Shown here: one piece after another, positions 28,901 to 40,900 of the stretch
Numbering within the stretch: the stretch's first letter is position 1
Layout: the number at the start of each line of letters is the position of its first letter
NCBI GenBank assembly: GCA_965235115.1
Contig: OZ249447.1
Span: forward strand, 19,158,001 to 19,222,000
DNA from: Laetmonice hystrix
Taxonomy: Eukaryota
Direction: 5' to 3'
DNA length: 64,000 nt
The notes under the pieces: generated by a model
What the model was told of the DNA's origin: nothing
The model's database searches: none
Seen by the model: only the letters and a program-made list of their open reading frames with translations
Made by a program: the position numbers and the translations under genes

Positions 28901-31900
28901 AATATGGCTGCCCTTTGCTTACCTGAGCATTTGCTTAAGTCCGGTTTTTAAAACCTTGCTTAGGCCTTGCTTACGTAAGATCATCACGGAAACGAGAAGA
29001 GCTGTTCCATGAAGAATCAGAACCCCCCAGTAAAGGCAATGGGAAAGAGGGACAGGTGGCAGTATTTCAATTTCTGGTGGAGTAGGCCTAATGATGCTCC
29101 AAAGAACTGTTGATACTGATGAAAGTGACCATTCGGTGCTCATGATGCGCCAAATTACCGGGAGTGGTGGAGGCAGGTTTATATTATTTACCGTCAATGG
29201 GACGGGTGCAGATTTTGCCTAGAATGGCGTAAACTTGACCCAATTTTACGCTCGATTATAGTTTACGTCACAAACGACAATGATTGTGCTCAACTGTGAC
29301 TGGCATAGATTTGACCCTGACTGTGACGTTTTGACAGTGGCTTGTTTAGACGTCCCGTGGAGCTTTCTTTCACCACAAACACCCAATAATGAGACTGGCA
29401 TCACGGTAAACATGATCTTGTCTTTGCTATCCTATACATTTAAAGTGCTATTTATTTGAAATTATCACTCTACTGTGTAGTCTTTATTGGGGACTCTGTC
29501 TTGCTTAACTTTTAAGTCTGGTAGGGAGCTTGCTTAAATCTCACACTATTTAAGCTGAAGCAAGCTTGCTTAAGTGGTTTCAAAAACCGGCATAAGCAAG
29601 GTCTCTTGCTTAAACTTAAAGTTAAGCTTAAGCAAGCTGCTTAACTTGTTTTAAAAACCGGGCCCAGCTTAGTTCTTGCTTCTTTCCCTTTAGCATTATG
29701 CGAAATACCAGGAAAGGTACAACTCTTGAAACAAAAAACAAAACAATAAGAAACCAAAAAAAAATCGTTCTGGTTGACATGGGACGGGTCAATCATTAAT
29801 TTGCGGTGGTGACCTTAAGTTAAACTTAACCACAGTGACCTCCATTTTAACCTGCCCATTAAAAGTGATTGGGACGAGACAGTCTACTGTGCGGACATGC
29901 AACGCAGGCCTGCGTGAACCTGTAGGTTGACTACATAATGTTACAATTGTTTTACACAAATGAGGTCAGTCCGCCTCTGAATTAAGAGACTTCAAAACTT
30001 AAAGATTTTGGGTTTTGCCTTCAAACGTAGAACGTGGGAAGAATTAGGCTTCTTGAGCCTGACGACAGAGGTAGGTCTCGCGTTTCTCTCCTTACATTGC
30101 TCTGTCCGCATAGTCATCTGCGTTAAAAACCTACAACGATTTCTACACAAGTTTGTTTTCAGCACCTCTTCAAATGTGGAGTGGCCATCAATGCCTTTCT
30201 GTCCAGCAAACACCCACACGTCTCGGAAGGTCAACTTGTCGATCATTGTACTACCAAGCGTCTCAAACAACTTCTGAGCATGCAACTTGAGACTGACAGA
30301 GCAGAGAGAAAGAAATAAACAATATTACATTATACATTTCACCTTATTGAAGGCAGAACACGTACAACATTCAGATAAATCTGATTTTATACAATACTTT
30401 CTTAAAGAGTTCTGGACCAGAGGAATAGATTCTATTACTAAATAATTGTTGTACCTTTTCTTGTGAAGCCTACACAAATATCACAAAAGCATAGACACCA
30501 GTAACTATTTCAACAAGAGAAATACATACATGTATGTATAGGAAAATAGAATGACGCCAACTGCCGTTTTTTCATGTTTACCTTTGACAGGCGTTGAGAA
30601 TTACTGTTTTTCTTAAAATGTATCATCAATTTTCAATACCGTCACAAAAGTCATCAGAAAATGTCATATTTTTATAAAGGGATCTAAAGACCTACTTTCC
30701 CTGTAATAACGTCTGATATACGGTACTTGGCAAGTTAATCATTACATCATTTACTTGGGAAGACATGCATAGATAGCGATGACTTACTTTTTCGAAGCAT
30801 CATCATGGACAATGGCCAAGATGATTTCTTTGTCCTTCATCATCTCTAGGAAGATCTCTAAGTTGCTACTGTCTGTAAGAGAACAAACGCAATCTTTGTT
30901 CTCGATGCCTAAAGATAATACCTCATCAACTTATTAATGAATCAAATTTATTAATTGATTACGAGTAGGCCTACATACAAATGCCTGAACATTTACCAGT
31001 TCTCAACTTCTGACCTTCGATATACGCGTACTATATTAGAAAAACTTCCACTATACACATGTTGACGGGTCATGAGGGCAATTGGATACCCTTAGGAAAT
31101 ACATTGATTTTGGGGTGAACAACATGCGTGGGGAATCGACGTATGCTGTTGCCCGAATTTGATTCAAAAACATGACGCCTAGGAAGTACTGACAGTACAT
31201 GTGCCATCAGTAAAGGGCCATGTACGCATGCGCAATGACCTATAAATGACCCAGACAGGGATCACTTCTCAAAATTTTGCCTCACCAGAAAATAGCGGCG
31301 TGGAACAGCATTAAAATGAATCATAGCACACGACAATTTACCGGTGTGACCAATCACAACACAGCAAAAAGATGAGCTGTGTTATAAAATAAACTCTGGT
31401 GCATCAAGGTAACGAGTAGGAATTTAAATCTGAAGATCATTTCAGAAGAAAATATTGTTCTCTGTGTGAAGGAAAACTTAATGGTGTCTGGTTACTTCTA
31501 TCAATGCATCTGCATGCAACATAAAGATATCATAGATCACACAATACAATCCTGTCTGCACTGATGTTCGCAGTAATCTTAGGGCCGGGGTTCGATTCCT
31601 GTAGAGGACTATACAACTTTTCTCTTTAGGGACATTGTCAAAGTAATTGGGTTACCCCTGATGCCCGTGCATTTCAAAAGAAAAACACAGCAAAAAGATG
31701 AGCTGTGTTATAAAATAAACTCTGGTGCATCAAGGTAACGAGTAGGAATTTAAATCTGAAGATCATTTCAGAAGAAAATATTGTTCTCTGTGTGAAGGAA
31801 AACTTAATGGTGTCTGGTTACTTCTATCAATGCATCTGCATGCAACATAAAGATATCATAGATCACACAATACAATCCTGTCTGCACTGATGTTCTTCCA

Positions 31901-34900
31901 CTGTAGACTGACATTCATACGTTCTCAATTTTCAAATATAATATTTCTGTGAGCTGCACTCATTGAATGGAAACATACCTTCAGAATATGTATCGAAGTG
32001 ACCCACTCTGACCACCTCCTTCTTCTTGGGGTCAACAATGACGATGTTGAATCCTCGACCTCCGTCGTTCAGACCATTGGCGATGACACTAACCAGACAA
32101 AGCGCATTGTTAGAGATGTTTATTTCAATTCTATAAGTCACGTTTTAAACAGCTCGTGACATCTACGGAATATAGACCCATAAGGGGCAGACCATTTGAT
32201 AACGGGGGGGGGCTATGGTTTCTTCATTAGCAAACTTTTTTTTTGCCCCCAGGCCGAAGCTATCTTTTTTTTAAGCATTTTTGACCATTAAGCATTTTAT
32301 GTAGCAAAATTTCCCAAAATCTTTCTATCACTCCCTGCATTTTTGAAAATGTGTGTACAAATGCTTGCAGTGCGCAGTGAGGCAGTTGGAGCAACTTGAC
32401 TATTAACCAAAAATATTACAAAGCTTGTGTTTTACAAATGACTGACTACTGAGTAGGACCTTAAACGACGTGCCCAACTTCGCCGTTATTATGAGTCAAT
32501 CAACATAGGGTAAACCGTTGTGAGAATACTATGTACATTTCTGTGCAGTTAGCATGAGACAGAAGCAGTTTTGGAATGGAATATGACATATCCCTCCAAG
32601 ACTTTTTCCTCAGATATTTAGACTTTCGGACCGGATTGTGCACGCGAAGTCAATGCGGTGGGTATCAGGTATGCCCTCTGCCTATACCAATATGTTTCTA
32701 TGGTACTCTGCCAGCTGAATTGACTCACTATTTGCCATTGACGCAGATCTTGGGGCCATCGCTGTTCCCCTTGCCAGTGTATAGGTGGACGGGGAAGGAA
32801 TCGATGCTGCATCCCTTAGGGATACCACAGTTTGCAAACATTTCTCCCATCTTCATCTCAGTCTGTTCCTCCACTTGTGGTTTCTTCACCTCCACCTTGC
32901 TCAGGCGACCCACTGATAATCACAAACGATACTAAACAACAAACTCGACAACAAAGTCAGGATATGACCAAATAAACGGAAGTATTCTGATAAAATTTCT
33001 CTCAGTACAAGTTTCATGCCATAATACAATGACCCATTACTGGGGTACAAGGAGAGCAAAAATAAATATCACTTTTATGATACATGTATACATTGTATAT
33101 GATAACAGATCTATTAAGATAAATAATTTTAAACAGTAAAATTAGTTGTTATGATAATCAATGTCACTTTCCTGTAGAACTTACTTTTTGTCTCCACAAG
33201 TTAAACATGTTGAAATGGGACGGGGTAGGGGTGGGGGGTTCTTGCTGTTAATTCTTTTTATCATGAATAGCACCAGGAATCAAGGAAAAGTATTTTAAAC
33301 GTCCATATTTTGGTAACTCAGAACACCAAGCAAACCTTCTTAGCTTATAATGTCAGGAAAAAGGTTTGGGATCTCAATTAGAGTTTTAATATGACTACCT
33401 GTACTCAAACACGCCTTAGTAATAAGTACTGTAAAGTGAAACAGGAAAAGGGATACAAAATCACCAAAGCTGGAAAATGTTACGAAACTAACACCTCTAC
33501 ATTTTATACAATCATTTTAACCGATGAGCCTTATTCCTAAGCCAGTCCATTCACTCGGGACTTTAGACAGTATCCACTGACATCGTAAAACCCCTTCGCA
33601 CGTTAGCAGACCACATGCAAACGTCAGCAAATGACCAAAGGCTAAAACCGTACTGTAATACTGAGTGAAATTGCCATCCTGCAATCTTTTCCCCCATAAA
33701 TTCTTCTCCTGTGTGCGCCTTACGGGAAAAATCCATTCACAAACTGCAGTGATCATTGCTCTCTAGCTACGACATATTCCTCTGTAACATCAGCTTTTGT
33801 CACTTGTTTGAAGCAATGCAAAATGCGTTCAGAGTTGGTCTTATGCCCTACTTTATTGACTTGATAGAACATTTTGATGCACCTTACAAGACCTGTCTAA
33901 CAATAGGCGTACTGCAGAACATACTGAAAATAGATCTTCACCTTCTAAGTGATAAACGAGAGCATGCTTAATATTCCTAGGAAAGTAAGTAAGAAAAAAA
34001 AATACAGAAAATTTGATGAATAATAAAATTGGGAATTTATAAAAAGGAGGCCCAGAAAATGTCAATAGGATCAGACGCAGATCCCTATTCCAATATTTGA
34101 AAAAGCTTCCTTGAAGGTTTCTAAATTTGCTTCTATCTTCTTCTGTATATATTTTGTACTAGTCGCCAATATGAATTATTCAGTCAACAGCATAGTATTT
34201 CTGCAGCTGTTTTCCACTTTAAATACTTACACGGGAAACTAAGGCAGCCGCTCAGCTCTACGGGAGTAGCGAAATCCCGGTTGGCACTGTGCTGCATCTG
34301 CAATCATCTAGCCATCAGCAGTGCTTCCCTCCGCCGCCAGGTGCGCGACAAGCGCGGAGTCGCGCTAACTATAACACCAGGGGGCAGACGAAACTCTAGC
34401 CTACAACCCACAGTAGGCCTCCTGCTGCCCCATGCTGTCTCAAAGGGTTCAGATAGATATCACCGAATCCAATGCACCGATAGTTAGAATGGTCAGAGTC
34501 AGACATGTTTCACAAAATGTTCGCGTCAGTAATGCAAACACAATTTTTATCAGTATGGTCAGTTCAAGAGACCAGTTTCAATTCAGGTGGCGCCACCTGC
34601 ATGATTCCGTCGAAACTTCAATGATGTGCCAAGCCAGCCAGAGGTGTTGCTGGGTGCGCAAATCCTGAGCAGTAATGAAATTTTGAGCTTCCTCCTCTTA
34701 TATTTGTAACCACCATGAAAACGCTACTTGCAGTTGTGTGGTAAATTTTCGAACAAGAGCTGATTCTACTGAAGGGGAGCCTTTCAAGTAGATGTATAGC
34801 CGAGAGGTCTGGCTTGGCAACAACTGATTTTGAGCACCCCCCCCCCCCCGCCCCCCCCCCAAGTTTAGGTTATTCAACAAACGTGTCTGACTCTTCTCCG

Positions 34901-37900
34901 TGAAAAATGTGCAGACATACACCATCCTCATATAAAGTGAAAGATTGAAAATCTGCCACGTGACTTTTCCATTCTGAGTTATTTCTAAGATTGATTTTCT
35001 ATGCTCGTCCTTCTTTGTGAACCTACTCACAAACACCTTCCAAATGCAATCTAGGCCGCACATGTTGATTGTTAATCTTTCACTTTCTTAATCAGTAAAA
35101 ACATACAAAGGGAAATGTTAATAATCATGCCCCTCGGAATGTTGGAGAAGCAAGGTCCCATGCTTTGGAGTCAAGACCAGTGGAAGGATGGGAAATACTT
35201 CACCGCTAGGGGAAAGCACCAGCCTGCTGCCAGGTGGCGCTGCCCTGAAGGCGCCACTTACTGGGAAAGGCTAAACATCCAGATACCTCCGCCGAAGGAG
35301 CAAAGTCATTATTATCTCGTGGTACGAGCTGTAGGTGCAGAATTTGACCAAGTTGGGTTAATTTCAAAACAAAATAGTCTGGTATAGAAACAAGCTTGTG
35401 AACAATCATTTGTTCATGCATTCCGTTTCTTCTTATACAAATGTTTCTCAAACCCTGGCATAAAATCACATGTACTTGACCTTTTTTGGCGATATAAGGT
35501 GGCAAATTACATTATTTTTTTTCAATAAAAAGTGGGTGTATGTTTATAACACCATCAGGGTGCCCAGCAAACACAAAATATTTTAGGATATTTAGGTTAC
35601 AATCTTCCATCACCATCACTTTTTAAAATATCCAGTACATAATGTTTATAAACAAATATCAGATACAAACAGCCAAAATGCATTTAAAGTTAACATTACC
35701 TTAAATGTACAATCATCCCTGAGTAATAATATATTTATTAAGTACTTTTATCAGGAATTGACTCTATGGGTCCATGTAATGTCTCATATCAGCACATACA
35801 GACTTAGAAAAATGTTCAAATATAGGAATTCATAGGAATTTTCTCGAAATATAGGAATTTATACGATGGCAATAAAAATATAGGAATTATAGGAAATGTA
35901 TAGAAGTGCTGGGCACCCTGCACCGTATAATACCATATAGGATTGACGTTTTGGCATTGTGATAATAAACAATCAATGAATTTAGGATAAAGTATTATAC
36001 ATCAAGGTTTGACAAAGATTAGCTTGAAGAAAAGAACAGGAGTGGGCCAATCATTGACCGAGTGCTCTCCCTGATGACAGCCTCCTGATAAGGTTTCATT
36101 ATCCCTCCTGCAATTTATTGTCCTTAACTTCAACAATTTGCCCATAATCAAAATGGTTTTTTTTTAAACAAAGTAAAAGGGAATATTTGTGTAAAGGTGA
36201 GAAATAACACCCCCCCCCCCCCCCCCATTCCTCCTTCTAAAGGTGTAGTAAAAATCAGCTTTTTTCCTAGACACAAACTACATACGTAATTTATATACAA
36301 TGTACCTTCAGTCGGCTACTGATATCAATCTAGGGCAAGTACTTCTGATTCTAATAAACAGGATAATAAATTATTTCCAGCTATATTGATCCCAATAAGC
36401 ATGTGTTTTCTTTAATAATACATTGTTGTACTGAGATACCACTGTGTAAATGATCAAACAGGGCTTTTGTTCCAGATAGCGTAACGCTAGCCTAAAGAAA
36501 TTAGTAAACAAAAACCCTTAAGTTCAAGCAATTGTTTTGTTTAAAATCTTACCATTTCACAAAAATCACTCTTAAGTTACTACAGATATGTCAATCAAAT
36601 TACATTGTAATCTATTCTGCTAATATGCTTTTTCATTTTTGGAGGCATACGACTCACCTTTTCGATGGCAGAACCGTGTGTGAGTCCTCGTTGACCGACC
36701 ATCACAAACGCATCACGAAATTTAAGTTTCTTGATAACACTGCTCCCATACTGACTCATCCACTCTTTTCCATCATCTTTCAAGCTGAAAATGAAACCAC
36801 AGTTCTGGGACTTGCAGGTGGGAACTATCAATATTTTATTGACTATACCTGTGGTTCAAAAATCTCGAAAGATGGGATTTTGCCTTATCCAGGTCAAATT
36901 ACCTTATACAGAAGGCTGCAGAATATCCATCAAATAAATCCCCCGAGGCGATAGAATCAACTCATTGGAAAGTAAAGCTTATGTGTACAATGTTCATTAC
37001 CAAACGCATTAATCCTTTAAAACCCTTTTACTTTCGATTTTTGTTATCCAGACCGGTTATATGATAAAGCATTATGAGGCAGTAAGTCCCCACAGAGTTG
37101 ACGTCTCAGACGTATCTACTTACTTATAGCTGGCCTCGTCCATACTGGTGGCCATGATGACAAAATTGTCTTCGACGCCCAGTTTCAAATATCTTACTAA
37201 TGCACTATCTGTAACAGGTAAAACAAACAGGGCTCTGAGAATCTTGACATGATGTGAAAATATTTAACATTGTTATCTACTTTTTACTATGGCATACTTG
37301 AATCATCATTATCTGATATCCAACTATGGTACATTTCACATAACACTTTTTTAGTACCAGTACACCTACTTTAGTATCAAGCGACTCATTTCATGAAGTA
37401 CCGGGGGTATGTATTTAGCTACTTTAGTATCAAACGACTCACTTTCATGATATTTACAACAATGATTCTCACCTTCTACATATGTATCAAAGTAGCGAAA
37501 CTCTACTACTTGATGAGTTTTATCTGAAAAAGCAAAACGTATTATGTGGCATCAGGATAGTCTTTTTTAACAACACAAGAGAACATAATGACAGGATTGT
37601 CCCCTACCAGTATCAATCAGCCTTACTCATTATGTAACCTGGAGTTCAATCAATCACCAATATAGGGCTGGACAGTCTCATGTCCTACATATACAAATGA
37701 CGTAAAATAGCCTCAAACCACTTCGCTTTGGGGACAACAAAATGTAAATTTCCCATAGGTTTGACATAGGCTCAGTGGATACACTATATAAAATCAGGCT
37801 GTATTGTAAGAATCTTTTTACATGTAAATGTACCTCTTCATTCGATAAACTTGTTAGTTTTGTACGGCTCAAAACTCAAAGTGCCCTTCTTGGGGAGTAA

Positions 37901-40900
37901 CAATATTTTGAAGTTGCAATTGGCCACGATGGTACATCGCTGGCGATAACTTAAACCCTACGAAATGTCGGTCGAAAGTAAAGACCCCTAGCCCTGGCCT
38001 TATCCCTAACCCCTCACCCTGATTCCCTACACCTCCCAAAAACATATCCCTATCCTGTCCCTATCCATAGGACTGATTTTAACCTGAACCCCTGACCAAA
38101 GATGTTGGTGGGGAAGTTATCATGGGGGAATAACTCCCATGATGACTCCAAACATGCGTGTGGATTCCCTGGAAGTCGTACTATGAATTATGGGCAATCA
38201 CTGATGTACGAAACAATAATCTCCTTTCCTGGTTTGTTTCCGTTTCAGGGTCATTAGCCACAGGAAAACGATTGTATTTTATCTAATTTAGGCTCATTCA
38301 ACGAATATCTTATCTTTGACATGCTAGCCACAACCAGATGGTCATATAAGAGGTAGAAGTATTTTTTAATACCTTTGCAAATCATTGTTTAACCATCCCT
38401 TTAATTGTATGAACCAACACTGATCCATGAGTCAGCCATTCTTTGTATGAACCAACACTGAGAAGTCCACAGTATGAGTGAGCCATTCTTTGTATGAACC
38501 ACACTGAGAAGTCCACAGTATGAGTCAGCCATTCTTTGTATGAACCACACTGAGAAATCCACAGTATGAGTCAGCCATTCTTTGTATGAACCAACATTGA
38601 GAAGTCCACAGTATGAGTCAGCCATTCTTTGTATGAACCAACATTGAGAAGTCCACAGTATGAGTCAACCATTCTTTGTATGAACCAACATTGAGAAGTC
38701 CACAGTATGAGTGAGCCATTCTTTGTATGAACCACACTGAGAAGTCCACAGTATGAGTCAACCATTCTTTGTATGAACCAACATTGAGAAGTCCACAGTA
38801 TGAGTCAGCCATTCTTTGTATGAACCAACATTGAGAAGTCCACAGTATGAGCCAGCCATTCCTTGTATGAACCACACTGAGAAGTCCACAGTATGAGCCA
38901 GCCATTCTTTGTATGAACCACACTGAGAAGTCCACAGTATGAGCCAGCCATTCTTTGTATGAACCAACATTGAGAAGTCCACAGTATGAGTCAGCAATTC
39001 TTTGTATGAACCAACATTGAGAAGTCCACAGTATGAGTCAGCAATTCTTTGTATGAACCAACATTGAGAAGTCCACAGTATGAGCCAGCCATTCTTTGTA
39101 TGAACCAACATTGAGAAGTCCACAGTATGAGTCAGCCATTCCTTGTATGAACCAACACTGAGAAATCCGCAGTATGAGTCAGCCATTCCTTGTATGAACC
39201 AACACTGAGAAGTCCACAGTATGAGCCAGCCATTCTTTGTATTACCACACTGAGAAGTCCACAGTATGAGCCAGCCATTCTTTGTATGAACCAACACTGA
39301 GAAGTCCACAGTATGAGCCAGCCATTCTTTGTATGAACCAACACTGAGAAGTCCACAGTATGAGCCAGCCATTCTTTGTATTACCACATTGAGAAGTCCA
39401 CAGTATGAGTCAGCCATTCTTTGTATGAACCAACATTGAGAAGTCCACAGTATGAGTCAGCCATTCTTTGTATGAACCAACATTGAGAAATCCGCAGTAT
39501 GAGTCAGCCATTCCTTGTATGAACCAACATTGAGAAGTCCACAGTATGAGCCAGCCATTCTTTGTATTACCACACTGAGAAGTCCACAGTATGAGCCAGC
39601 CATTCTTTGTATGAACCACACTGAGAAGTCCACAGTATGAGTCAGCCATTCCTTGTAATGATTCTGGAGTCTGACAGGAAAACTCAACTACAATATGCAG
39701 TTGATTCTTCCCATGTTAAGTGATCGCATGGGAACTTGGACTATTATTTAACAATTGAGGAGGAAGCTGTTGCTAGCTCCATGCCATACATACCATTAAT
39801 GACGACCATATTAATGCCTCGATGACCGTTGGCCTTGTCAGGACTAACAATACTGAAAAGTTGAAAACCAAGCACAATGTCAGCGTGTGCAATCAGTGTC
39901 AGATATAGACTTTGATACTCACTCACAAAAAAGTTCTTACATCGCATGCACTATGATCCTTATGTTCTATTTCTTTGAATGAATAATGAATAAACATAAT
40001 AGAAACCAAAAAAATACATACCTTAGCTACTACTGTGTACATGGAGGTGTTTTCTTTTGACATATATTGAATATAATATACTGGGTATACTCATAAAAGT
40101 TTTAATGAAGTTTTAAGACGAAGAATACTCACTAATTTCCATCAAAGCATATATGAGGTGAGACATCCTTTCCAACCCCTGATTTAATATAATACGCATA
40201 CTTCCCCGAAGGGCATATTTCAGTTAACCCACACTTTGGTTTGCCTGAAACAGAGAAATAACAAAATAAACTCAGGTTAGGAAATCTGAAACCAGTATCA
40301 GGTAGTAGTTTTCCAACAATAATTTGTTCAAGTGGATTAGCCTCTGAAAGGTTGGCATTGCTGGTTGCAATTAGCACACACCGAACATTCTGCACTGACC
40401 AATCAGACGTGTTAAGCTTTTAAAAGCTTATGAAAGAATGAACAGACCTAGAAAAATCTGGAACCTGGACACCGGGGACAACCAGAATTTCTGTCAGGCT
40501 ACCAAACCTGTCCAAAATGTGATCGCGGAGATGCCCGAATAGGCTACAGACCCTCTGTCTGTTCGCACTTTAGTTTGGAGATACACTGAAGTTGCCTTCG
40601 GCGAGCTTAGAGCCTATTAAATTCTATCACAGTGCAGCAAAAATATTGGGCTAAAGCATCGGGCTACCACCCGGAGTCAAAGTGGTAGCCCACGATTTGG
40701 CAAGATTTTTCAAGGCCTGAACCGGGTCTTAGATCCAACATTTGATATCAAAGCACGTATATAAACCTGTACTCACCTGGGTTTTTCTCAACTGGTGGTT
40801 TTTCAACCTTATCCGGAGGTTTCTTATTGACTCCTTTCTGTGTTTCTTGGCCCTTTTTATCTTCGACCACCCTTTCTGGCACTTTAGGCAGTGAGACTTT

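Noticed and set aside
39630-39671. Exon at the edge of the 47-bp array (cag|ACTCCAGAATCATTACAAGG...)
   Set aside because: Runs into TGA; the true 51-nt exon is at 37473-37523.
38401-39687. Many overlapping ORFs and a CRISPR-like regular spacing
   Set aside because: Near-identical 46/47-bp units with no unique spacers, in a eukaryotic intron, with no cas genes.
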